From the IMG/VR virus record IMGVR_UViG_3300020388_000009: 64,000 bases of DNA; one strand, 5' to 3'. The position numbers and the translations under genes were made by a program. Below are positions 50,701-58,335 of the stretch, piece by piece. Numbering within the stretch: position 1 is the stretch's first letter; each line of letters starts with the position of its first letter. The notes under the pieces were generated by a model. The model was not told the DNA's origin and ran no database searches. It saw nothing but the letters and a program-made list of their open reading frames with translations. This stretch comes from a virus. Taxonomy: Duplodnaviria > Caudoviricetes.

Positions 50701-53450
50701 TTAATAGGGGCAAGACTAGAACCAATTATTGTTTCAAAAAATTGTAATTCAAATATACTAAAATATTGACTAGTAGAAGATGCATTACATGTGAATCGAT
50801 AATATTGGTATGTATTTAAATTTGTAAAATCGTTTATACCTCTTGTTACAGTGCTTGATCCGTTACCGGTAACTGTATCTAATGTAACGTATCCTGAATT
50901 AGGTGAATTAGAAGCTTCGAATGTCCAACCAGTCATTCGATATGAGCTAAAATATAATATATATTGTCCAATATTTACCGCAGAACCGAAATCATATGTA
51001 AATGAAGCTCCAGCAATTCCTGAACTGTCATAAAATATATGTGAGTCAGTATTAGCAGTACCTGACGTAGTACCATCAAATATATCACCAGGCCAAAACG
51101 TGTCACTTGCTGCAGTAGTTGTTAAATTGTTTTCTGATAATCCTGATATGGCAGCACCTATACTATTTGTACCAGGAGGTGTGCTCCATACCTTTTCAAA
51201 ACGTGATGCAGTATGATGCGGTCCGAATGGCTCTGTTATAGTTGCTAACACACGGAAACGTGACACGGAATGAGATGCGTATAATGATGCGGAATCGTGG
51301 CCTTCAAAGGAAGCGGAATTTATCAAAGTATGATGAGGTGTACCATATAATACTGTACGCATTGTATCTGCACTTCCTGTATCAGAATATCCGTACGTCT
51401 CTGATTCATATACTATGTTTGTTATTTCCGTTGCCGGAGTAGCGCTCACAGATACCGAAGCATATGTTCCTGGTATAATTGTACGTCCGGCGTTTGTAGC
51501 AGAATCAAATGAAGCACTAAATGTATACTCGCCAGGCAACAAATTAAAGTTGATCCATGATGATGTGTAATGAGCAACTAACCGGTTCTGTACATCATAT
51601 GCAATTTCAGATGATGCAGTATAAGTTGCACCAGAACTAGTATGAAATTGAAATTCATAAGAATGTGCATAGTCACTACCTGGTGTAGTTTCTAAAGTTG
51701 ACTTCATGTTGGTATGGTGTGGTCCAAATGGTTCTGTCACAGTTGCCAACAAACGTAATCGTACAACTGATTCACTTATATATTCTGCCGATTTTTCATA
51801 TCCTTCTAAACTTGAAGTTTCTGAAACTTGTAATGTTGAAGTGTATCCATATAATACGCTTGCCGATCTTTCAAATGATCCAGTACCAGTTAAAAATGAT
51901 CCAGATTCCACTTCCACTCGTACATTTGATATTTCAATATCAGGTACAGGGGTTACTGTCAATGTGGTCATTGGTCCTGCTGCGGCATCAGATATATGAT
52001 TATAAACTCCATGACGTATAATATCTGTAGTATCACCAGTTTTATTAATTAGAGTATATGTAGCTGGTTCATACTGAAAAGGCGAAAAACCTAAACTTTC
52101 TGTCACATCGGTAAAGGTAAAATTGTCGCCGTATGCAGATGCCGTGGCTCGAAATAATCCAGTTGCCATACTTCCGCTAAATCTGAAAGTTTTATTATCC
52201 AATACTGAAGTTCCGCCGAATTCGGCAAATTTTATATCTGTGAAATGTGTACCATCTGCAACATAATCTGGTGGTTCTGTTATATCAGCCATTACAGATA
52301 CACGTACCAGCGATGCAGTATAACGAGGATGTAGTCCAACAATATTATCACGTGTAATGACATCATCGTATAACACCGTAGTAGTAAAATTATTAATTCC
52401 AATACCAGAAAATGAACCAGATTCTATATGAGCTCGTATATTACTAATACTTGCAGTATTTGGTGGTATTACTAGTAAATTAACATCAACGGAAGATGAA
52501 TTTTCAAACTGATTATTATCCTGCATATAAACCGTAAACGTTTCTTGATACGACTGCACTGATGATGCGTGTATTGTAGTTCCATCCATAACACCGTAGT
52601 TTGATATACTGGCAGTAAACACTAATGCATTATCTGGCATAGCCGATGCATCGGGACCATAACCATCTGGTGCACCTGGTGAGATAGATCCAGTTGCTAT
52701 GAAAATTTGGCTATCAGCAATATCAGGTTGTGGATGTTTTAAAAATAAATTGTAACTTGCAGATACCGACGTGATAGGTGGATCTACCTGTACTCTGGAA
52801 GCTGAAAAAACTCGTATAAAATCGTTTTGATTAGAATCTTCAGATCCGGTAAAACTAAAAATTATATCTTTGGCATTTGTATCATGAGCTAAAGACATAG
52901 TTAAACTAGCACGATGTGCAATCGTCGGTGGTACATTGATAAACCCTTTAATAAATACAGTAGAATATACCAATTGAGTATTGTTTGCGCTACCGGTCTC
53001 AGTTGCATAAACTAAATATCGATGTACGCCAGGTGCTAAATCATTTTCAAATGCATTTTGACCGGTTAGATCATTAACATAATCCTGGCCAGTATAAGAT
53101 GAATTGCCGCCGGCTTGCTTGGTTACAAATGTATCTTGAATTTTAATAAATGAATAATAATTTGGATTGAAATCCGCGGAATGTGTAGTTTGTATTAATA
53201 CATCTCCTTGGTTCGCAACATCTTGTCCAGAACCAAGTATTATCACATGATCAATTGATTCAGCAGGTGATCCGGATATTCCAGAACCAGAACCAGCAAA
53301 AAATACTTCAGTACCTATTCCGGAGAGGCCAGAACCATCACCTACAAATGCATCTGCAGTTATAGTGGTTGCTGTAACTCCACTTTTAAATTGAGCTATA
53401 CTACCAGATTGTACCCAATTGCTACTAGTAAATTGATGTTTTCCTGCCAT
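44715..53450 (-). CDS. Giant (2911 aa) virion surface protein with ~8 long repeats and two inserted discoidin-like domains
   Basis: Repeats marked by I..E.E...R..LYG...SR.R..A.I.EP.GP; YQYYRFTC and YRWYMITF domains. Confidence 0.65.
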   Translation of the reverse strand: MAGKHQFTSSNWVQSGSIAQFKSGVTATTITADAFVGDGSGLSGIGTEVFFAGSGSGISGSPAESIDHVIILGSGQDVANQGDVLIQTTHSADFNPNYYSFIKIQDTFVTKQAGGNSSYTGQDYVNDLTGQNAFENDLAPGVHRYLVYATETGSANNTQLVYSTVFIKGFINVPPTIAHRASLTMSLAHDTNAKDIIFSFTGSEDSNQNDFIRVFSASRVQVDPPITSVSASYNLFLKHPQPDIADSQIFIATGSISPGAPDGYGPDASAMPDNALVFTASISNYGVMDGTTIHASSVQSYQETFTVYMQDNNQFENSSSVDVNLLVIPPNTASISNIRAHIESGSFSGIGINNFTTTVLYDDVITRDNIVGLHPRYTASLVRVSVMADITEPPDYVADGTHFTDIKFAEFGGTSVLDNKTFRFSGSMATGLFRATASAYGDNFTFTDVTESLGFSPFQYEPATYTLINKTGDTTDIIRHGVYNHISDAAAGPMTTLTVTPVPDIEISNVRVEVESGSFLTGTGSFERSASVLYGYTSTLQVSETSSLEGYEKSAEYISESVVRLRLLATVTEPFGPHHTNMKSTLETTPGSDYAHSYEFQFHTSSGATYTASSEIAYDVQNRLVAHYTSSWINFNLLPGEYTFSASFDSATNAGRTIIPGTYASVSVSATPATEITNIVYESETYGYSDTGSADTMRTVLYGTPHHTLINSASFEGHDSASLYASHSVSRFRVLATITEPFGPHHTASRFEKVWSTPPGTNSIGAAISGLSENNLTTTAASDTFWPGDIFDGTTSGTANTDSHIFYDSSGIAGASFTYDFGSAVNIGQYILYFSSYRMTGWTFEASNSPNSGYVTLDTVTGNGSSTVTRGINDFTNLNTYQYYRFTCNASSTSQYFSIFELQFFETIIGSSLAPINNILYFSTGSVHTASSAIAYDAQNRLVAHYTSSWVGQQLSASSNSFTEWTYTSGSILHTPNDASGFVTESGQSTTMVVHDTPKVAIEDVFWETETHGYSDMAMSNATRTVLYGDPRITNATSESLSWTNHPSASIYASQSVSRVRFRAKVTEPIGPGVHKIQVSASYGSGSKLYMIDTGSIAEGGLVTHGYDDQDRLVTRYTQSFTGRSFTAAAGGNTVYVLTGSFIEQVSGENGFDITETDGELTVHDTPPTIIKNIFVESENYGHSASAVTDAGVTGTQQRTVLYGVTRRSLADSSSFATHDSASLYASQSVSRFRIRAEIIEPVGPVTHPTAVTKILKSSGQTNITETITFETGSSIVTVNSFEDSSNRIVAQYTTSFSGSSLSVGAGSTRDWIASASFVHAPTNENDHTISSPTTTTMQIIDTAPTIIENWRIETETRGESGIGTQNTSVSNASAISRSILYGEETTRATGSDLSDIYDPHAVTRFRILTEIIEPVGPMHSSSLMRYYIDNKGYGGNTKYSEFIAFSTSSTQTASSEVGYDEQSRLVGRYTSSWIGETLSGSYNNNSTNDYIQIYLSDTTNFIKHDNVSENGYESSTGTQYLYLVVSASKPLEIDGLRVETEAFPYSSSIGVSSRTQKILYGHNNTLTAQTADAIGDIWSGSAAMRFRILGKVIEPLGLGHFQTQVSATDGQGHSFAFGFHTASQDTASDSGMRALNSDNLFSQTFTSSWYGGAQFAAGAYTFTPSAETGSNTTGVYIINDSADGIETGSVTSADITIQPPDATQITNLRVEVEKEHSGSTAGTSSRETRVLHGLQTTETDNVVNRTYQNSDSRNQLVSMRVLADIEEPFGPHHAKTEIEVTGFSNKDGVNPTDFTGPEFIPAETNITASHWYSSYPPKYILGSYTDNWLTRWNNTVNIYNTDTGQYDSNAMAVDHTGANLWIAIDCVQPIALNRIVIEHRTNQHHSNTAISISGSAYEGAFTTGSVANWEPLHFHSDGNQDKNIEFENGTLYRWYMITFAAGHWRNYAEGEGEYAGAENIFFFEAPPRIGTFGSHEFLLHTGSAHLSSSIESLYEQHGSQSMSYTSSFTPIQFINSGGLNTDPEVFIISASKVTHGFNDSKTVQYAVVSESIITVSPARTASITVAASTSGLDTDYSSSSDLPVYVTYNADNDISIDVISGISASAPLITSESYVRFADHVHINYNTNGPTGLTFAPAKSSDSSHNTSSLTIDSSYMSTLTKVEHLTVLISGSTTISDPYYGQGTSSVSEFTFAVVPAKPRSMEGRYWGAGNASSHDSTNNPYGGQGINFVGIDGNYHRLYSATLPTGLGIYGPDDSPGSHVTNVIMAKESHTGPVNYSMSFTPFTPSSTGDYSNNDRLFDFGDSGSLIVKINGSEVVNYDLGGQFVLLSKSGSQNISTEYAGNGTASFTAPHASKGRLIVTTVQPFNNVSQSIQNGVEYYPNGYQGWSARIEIDAKLNDGYNNLEFSHSINDEIIQSWKPFSWYYDDGIKGEPTISLHGEPTLSYAPLAGVEPTFSLSGVSYFKEDEYFKISLDDRVHAIPHNTYRRSNNSSDYVSEIGHDHGNTYFKLETGSGASATVHEQSLFNLPANMNGLQFGNSSRDIVPTSYASASIKDFKVKAPDVTNADKGQVYQLYARTYKRDLSSDDSWTVDPNKAKLPVGRFLDENAISSTNAINGKTSDIAIEDFYNESFRWTSASFADSASFNFNKGGGANANYGTAAVAGATPAGIPGYADFWLRGHFSASIIDDELYTDSSAGPNFQSHISISGSNELQQYYDGRLEYPTLDYTSVATDRQGHTINYAVVNPNAPDYSNETGDKFYCRAFEATTPIMYIFIFTDDTNRDNFRITAGNIESGVGLDDRPVRIDVALPGPLPTVGVANSPTNPGTKFQNIFQANLSSVLYNDNVGLLSQMRNHSQDLSGAFRVKINFSQFIPANAGSVMLMRVRIKDSYGNSIKGIHVSSNGTGDI
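50601..51622. repeat. 68-bp near-identical repeat (50601-50668 and 51555-51622)
   Basis: 5 mismatches by manual alignment. Confidence 0.85.
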
Positions 53451-53935
53451 TACAATTCATCCGGATTAATTATAACTGTAGTTCCTGTAACTAAAGTTTG
53501 TTTTGATGCAGTACTCATTGCTAATAATAAATATCTGTATATACCAGTACCTAATGTATCTGTTAACGAATTTTGATTAACTAATCCTTTTTGTGTTCCA
53601 GAGTAATCAGAAGCTTCTTCCCATAACGCGGCATCGGATAAATCTTGTCGTAAAAATGTGAAATGATTAAATGTTGCACCGGATGCCGAAACTGATAATG
53701 TTATGGTATGGTTGCCGCCGGATCCAGTGATCCATTCTCCATATGTCGGTGGAGTAGCTAATGATTCAGATCCAATAAATAATTGTATTCCGGTTGTAGT
53801 AATACCAGTTAACGCAGATCCATCTCCTATTAATTTTGCGTTAACCGATCCGGTCACATCAATGCCAGATTTAAATTTTGCAATAGATCCGGATTGTACC
53901 CATTCACTACTTGTAAATTGATGATTGACAGGCAT
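53450..53935 (-). CDS. Paralog of the N-terminal domain of the 2911-aa protein
   Basis: HQFTSS.WVQSGSIA.FKSG and G..RYL shared. Confidence 0.7.
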   Translation of the reverse strand: MPVNHQFTSSEWVQSGSIAKFKSGIDVTGSVNAKLIGDGSALTGITTTGIQLFIGSESLATPPTYGEWITGSGGNHTITLSVSASGATFNHFTFLRQDLSDAALWEEASDYSGTQKGLVNQNSLTDTLGTGIYRYLLLAMSTASKQTLVTGTTVIINPDEL

Positions 53936-55767
53936 TACATTTTCCTTATCATTGCTCGAATTATACCGCCTTCAATATTTGTTTCTAATGATTGAGCAAT
54001 TATTTTTCCAAATAATTGAAGTTCAAATATTTTACTAGGATTGACTGCTTTACCATGTCCTGTGATATTACTAGTAATTATATAATCGCCTTCGTATACT
54101 GGGCCATTTACTAATACAGGTTCTGCTCCTAATATGATTGGAAAATTACTACCAGATGAAACGATACCCATTATTAACGGATCTGCTTCGGCTGTACATG
54201 GCACCATTTGACCGGCTTTTGAGACCAATACAGTACCTGGTTGTAGTTGATCTAATCCTTTGGTTTCTAAATTAATTTCATGTATACCACCAAAAAATGT
54301 ATCTATAGCAAATATTGCTTGCCATTTTTTATCAAATGCTCCTAAATTATGAGAGCCATCGGCAGATGGTATTATATTTTCTCCAACCGCTGAAAAATCT
54401 CCTCCTCCTCCGCCACCACCATAACTACCAGTATAATATACTTGGCCAGTATCTGTATCATACATTAACGTGTTTAATGCAGATGCCGTCGTTGATGCAC
54501 TTATAAATAAATGTCCACTTGCACTTATATTACCTGATGATGTTATGTCACCTAAAGTTTGTAATGAACTTGAAATAACACCTGCAGGCAAATTTAATTT
54601 TATTTGAGCAGAACTTGAAATGGTATTTGCTGGCAGATTTAATTTTATTTGAGCAGAACTTGAAATGGTATTTGCTGGTAGATTTAATTTTACTTGAGCA
54701 GAACTTGATATTACACCTCCGCCAATATTTTCTTGCACTTGCGATGCAGAAATAAATGATTGACCTTGCCAAGAACCTGATATTCCAGCTGGTGTAAAAG
54801 CAGTGCCTGACATGAAATCACTAGAAAGTTGTGCAGAACTTGATATTACACCTCTGAATATACCGACAAAACTGGGTGCGGTTACTATCCCATCAGCAAG
54901 AGTTAAATTACTACCGGTGATGAATACAGAACCTGTAAATTGATGTGTAACGTCAGATGGTATTGATCCAGAACCAAATATAGTTGATCCAGATCTTACA
55001 ACTAACTGATCTTCGAATATCTGCACTCCATTAAATGCAATACTTCCATCTAACCGCGTATCATCAGTTACTAACAATTGTGATGCTGTTACGCGCGATG
55101 ATGATATATTTGTAAACGTTACATCTGTTCTGCTGGCTGATGCTTCAGTTAATGTTATACGAGTCGAAAATGATTCGCTAGCTGATGTTAACGTACTGGC
55201 TGATGCTTCAGTTAAAGTTACACGTGTACTAAATGATTCGCTAGCTGATGTTAACGTACTAGCAGATGCTTCAGTTAAAGTTACACGTGTACTAAATGAT
55301 TCGCTAGCTGATGTTAATGTGCTGGCTGTTGCTTCTGTCAATGTTACACGTGTCGAAAATGAACCACTATCAGTTACCATGCTACTGGCTGATGCTTCAG
55401 TTAATGTTATACGAGTCGAAAATGATTCACTAGCCGATGTTAATGTGCTAGCTGTTGCTTCTGTCGATGTTACACGTGTACTAAATGATTCGCTAGCTGA
55501 TGTTAATGTGCTGGCTGTTGCTTCTGTCAATGTTACACGCGCCGAAAATGAACCACTATCGGTTACCATGCTACTGGCTGATGTTTCAGTTAAAGTTACA
55601 CGTGTAGAAAAAGATGCACTCGTATCATAAAATGCACCTGATATTTGTGTTGATAAAGCAATAGGTATTATAGACCCTGTACCATCAGCAAAATTAACGC
55701 CATCAGTTTGGACTACACGCTGAAAAGTGTCTTTTATATTCTGGCCTGTAAAATTGTCAAGAGCCAT
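53935..55767 (-). CDS. Coiled-coil fibre protein with C-terminal peptidase G2-like / chaperone-like domain
   Basis: Eight 21-aa repeats, three 15-aa repeats, HQFTGS cassette, GPVYEGDYIITSNITGHG. Confidence 0.65.
   Translation of the reverse strand: MALDNFTGQNIKDTFQRVVQTDGVNFADGTGSIIPIALSTQISGAFYDTSASFSTRVTLTETSASSMVTDSGSFSARVTLTEATASTLTSASESFSTRVTSTEATASTLTSASESFSTRITLTEASASSMVTDSGSFSTRVTLTEATASTLTSASESFSTRVTLTEASASTLTSASESFSTRVTLTEASASTLTSASESFSTRITLTEASASRTDVTFTNISSSRVTASQLLVTDDTRLDGSIAFNGVQIFEDQLVVRSGSTIFGSGSIPSDVTHQFTGSVFITGSNLTLADGIVTAPSFVGIFRGVISSSAQLSSDFMSGTAFTPAGISGSWQGQSFISASQVQENIGGGVISSSAQVKLNLPANTISSSAQIKLNLPANTISSSAQIKLNLPAGVISSSLQTLGDITSSGNISASGHLFISASTTASALNTLMYDTDTGQVYYTGSYGGGGGGGDFSAVGENIIPSADGSHNLGAFDKKWQAIFAIDTFFGGIHEINLETKGLDQLQPGTVLVSKAGQMVPCTAEADPLIMGIVSSGSNFPIILGAEPVLVNGPVYEGDYIITSNITGHGKAVNPSKIFELQLFGKIIAQSLETNIEGGIIRAMIRKM
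54580..54712. repeat. 45-bp coding tandem repeat, 3 copies
   Basis: ISSSAQ[VI]KLNLPA units. Confidence 0.88.
55131..55621. repeat. 63-bp coding tandem repeat, 8 copies
   Basis: SFS[TA]R[VI]T.TE.[ST]AS units. Confidence 0.9.
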
Positions 55768-55777
55768 TTATATAACC

Positions 55778-56338
55778 TTATTTTTTATATAAACCTTTGA
55801 GAACTCCTTTAATAACTTCTCGTCGTTTGGTTTCTGTTAGCGGTTTATATTTTGTATATGTTGCAACTATTTTATTTATTCTATCTTTTTTAACACTTAA
55901 ATTATTAATATCAATATTTTCACGCACTAATAATTTTAATATATTTTTAACATGACTAACTTCTTGTTCTGTAATTTGTTGTTTAACGTTACTGACCTGA
56001 ACTTTATTTTCTTGTATTACCGGTTGCTTTTGAGATCGAACTTCTACAGTTACTTGTTTACTAGCCTGTATATCAAATTCAGATTTCCATGGCGTAAAAT
56101 ATGTATCCTCGGCAATTACTTCTAAACGAATATTACCTTTAGAGGATTCATCAATTAATCCTTTCAATTTACGTATAGGAATTTCACATTTACCTGATTC
56201 GGAAATTTTTCCATTAAACATTAAACTGTAATCTGATGTTTCTACTACTAACCTAGCAGTTGATTTTTTTAGACTCGCGCCTTCTATTTTGATATCACAT
56301 TCAAATAGTTCTGGTTTATCCGTGTATAATTTATACAT
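55778..56338 (-). CDS. Hypothetical protein (186 aa)
   Basis: Beta-rich N-terminus (LEVIAEDTYFTPW), basic helical C-terminus. Confidence 0.7.
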   Translation of the reverse strand: MYKLYTDKPELFECDIKIEGASLKKSTARLVVETSDYSLMFNGKISESGKCEIPIRKLKGLIDESSKGNIRLEVIAEDTYFTPWKSEFDIQASKQVTVEVRSQKQPVIQENKVQVSNVKQQITEQEVSHVKNILKLLVRENIDINNLSVKKDRINKIVATYTKYKPLTETKRREVIKGVLKGLYKK

Positions 56339-56654
56339 GTATATTCTCCACTGTTAAATCAATTCCTAATACTTCTTTTACTACTAATTCACAATCTTCG
56401 GCAGTTACTTTAATATCATCTCTAATGGTTTTTTGTCCAGAATATGTTTCAATTCCTTTAACTTTGCATATCAATTTTATAAATCGCTTCTTTTTTTCTG
56501 GATCTAATTGATTAACATTATATGCAATTTCATCACCAGTCGCGGCTCCCACTTCCAATATAAGGAATACATCATCCCATTTATATGGATTTTCACCCCA
56601 TGTACTTATACCGGTTATTGATCTTACATTATCCCATCGTAAATTAATTGCCAT
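56331..56654 (-). CDS. Hypothetical protein (107 aa)
   Basis: Late motif 4 nt upstream of ATG. Confidence 0.7.
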   Translation of the reverse strand: MAINLRWDNVRSITGISTWGENPYKWDDVFLILEVGAATGDEIAYNVNQLDPEKKKRFIKLICKVKGIETYSGQKTIRDDIKVTAEDCELVVKEVLGIDLTVENIHV

Positions 56655-56672
56655 TTTATATAAATATGCTCA

Positions 56673-57338
56673 TTAATGATAACCATTCAATAATTCTAAT
56701 AAATCATCAATTGCGCCATGTCTATGAGAATCTTCCAATACAGTTTTAAATACATACTTTGAATTAGTTAGTTTAGACATATCATGATAAGCAGAATAAT
56801 TTTTATCTTTAAGATCTATTTGATATGAATCTCCGCAAAAAATCATTTTAGAATCTTTGCCTAATCGACCAATTGCCATGGCGAGTTGAGATCTGGTTAA
56901 ATTTTGAAATTCATCTACAATAACTACCGCATTATCAAAAGTACGTCCACGAAAATGTGCTAATGAACATAATTCGATTGATTCACTTTTTTCCATGGAT
57001 TCTAATTTATCTGGTTTATTATATACCTTTCGCATATTTGAACGGATAGGAACGAGCCATGGCTCCATCTTTTCTTTTTCAGATCCTGGTAAAAATCCGT
57101 TATCTTCTGTAGCAATTGTAGGCCTAGTAATTACTATTTTATTATATTGGCGTTTAAAAAATTGATCCAATGCTACTTGTACTGCTAATAACGTTTTACC
57201 AGATCCTGCTTTACCGACAATAAAATTGAACGGATGTTCTAAAATTTGCATTTTTGCTGCTTTTTGTTCTGGTGATAATGATAATGAAAACCGAACTGCA
57301 CCTTTTGGTGGAGTTTTTTCTGTATTTGCTTTTGCCAT
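56673..57338 (-). CDS. phoH: PhoH-family ATPase
   Basis: GKAGSGKT, ITRP, GFLPG, FRGRTF, VDEFQN, GDSYQID. Confidence 0.95.
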   Translation of the reverse strand: MAKANTEKTPPKGAVRFSLSLSPEQKAAKMQILEHPFNFIVGKAGSGKTLLAVQVALDQFFKRQYNKIVITRPTIATEDNGFLPGSEKEKMEPWLVPIRSNMRKVYNKPDKLESMEKSESIELCSLAHFRGRTFDNAVVIVDEFQNLTRSQLAMAIGRLGKDSKMIFCGDSYQIDLKDKNYSAYHDMSKLTNSKYVFKTVLEDSHRHGAIDDLLELLNGYH

Positions 57339-57384
57339 CTCGTGACCCCTTTAGTTAACTATTTTATATAAATATGTAACAGTG

Positions 57385-57410
57385 AAAGAGCCGGCTATAA
57401 ACCGACTCTC
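57385..57410 (-). terminator. Hairpin / terminator after AAA gene
   Basis: AGAGTCGG-loop-CCGGCTCT with short T tract. Confidence 0.55.
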
Positions 57411-57421
57411 ACAACAACACA

Positions 57422-58195
57422 CTAACAACCCATTACTTGTTCCGCCACCATTTGTCTCCAATTTGGAAATCCCATTTGACGAATTCTAATTGCTTTAATT
57501 AATGATCGGAAATTTAATTCAACGGCATCAAACTTTTTAAATGCAGATTTCAATGCACTTAAAGCTTCTTTTTTAATTTTCATGTCTTTAATTTCTGGTT
57601 CAATTACCGGAAGTAAATCAGTCATTCTTTTTAACATTTGATTTGGAGTTAATGTTATATCCAATACAAATGCACGACTACGAATTGCACTATCTACTTT
57701 TTGAATTGGTAAATTAGATATAAAAATTATCTTACCAGTAAAATCAAATGATCTAGGAAGAGCATCACCATCTCTATCTTTAAGAGGTTTAGCTGACATC
57801 CAACTAATAACTCGTTTATCGTAACTATCTAAAGCTCCTTTTAATAAGTTAACACCATCTGAATCTTTAAATACTGAATCGCAGTCATCAAATATAATTA
57901 ATTTATCGCTATTTTCAAATAATGTAATAAACATACCTGCTGCAGTACAACGACCTTTTACATGTACAAAATCAATACCTTCTTCAAATCCTACTTCATC
58001 TAATGTTCTTGTAATATTAAATGTCTTTCCTAATCCAGGCATGCCGGTAACAACTAACGATGGAGAAACTCCAGCCGCTACCATTTTTGTCAAGTTATTC
58101 ATATCATCAAACATTGCTGAAGGACGTTTCTTTTCTTGGAAAGTTTTAAAATTCATTTTCATGTTTTTGGTTTTTTGGTTTTTAGCTATACGCAT
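57422..58195 (-). CDS. AAA+ family ATPase
   Basis: Walker A GMPGLGKT, Walker B IIFDDCD, IIFISN sensor, AIRSR arginine finger. Confidence 0.85.
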   Translation of the reverse strand: MRIAKNQKTKNMKMNFKTFQEKKRPSAMFDDMNNLTKMVAAGVSPSLVVTGMPGLGKTFNITRTLDEVGFEEGIDFVHVKGRCTAAGMFITLFENSDKLIIFDDCDSVFKDSDGVNLLKGALDSYDKRVISWMSAKPLKDRDGDALPRSFDFTGKIIFISNLPIQKVDSAIRSRAFVLDITLTPNQMLKRMTDLLPVIEPEIKDMKIKKEALSALKSAFKKFDAVELNFRSLIKAIRIRQMGFPNWRQMVAEQVMGC

Positions 58196-58223
58196 ATCTC
58201 TATCTTTTAATTACTTATAATTA

Positions 58224-58253
58224 AAGATAAGGAAAAGATCTCACGCTACCAAA
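58224..58253 (-). promoter_or_regulatory. Class E promoter for AAA ATPase
   Basis: TTTGG tagcg TGAGAT cttttcc TTATCTT. Confidence 0.7.
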
Positions 58254-58282
58254 TCTTTTGGCAGCTTTTTTTAAAAAAGTTC

Positions 58283-58310
58283 AAAAAAAAACCCTCCATG
58301 GTAGGAGGGC
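58283..58310 (-). terminator. Intrinsic terminator after major capsid gene
   Basis: GCCCTCC-TACCAT-GGAGGGT followed by T8. Confidence 0.9.
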
Positions 58311-58335
58311 TTTAATATAAAAATAATTTTAAATA

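Noticed and set aside
55131-55621. Possible CRISPR array
   Set aside because: Units are contiguous, in-frame coding repeats without unique spacers; no cas genes
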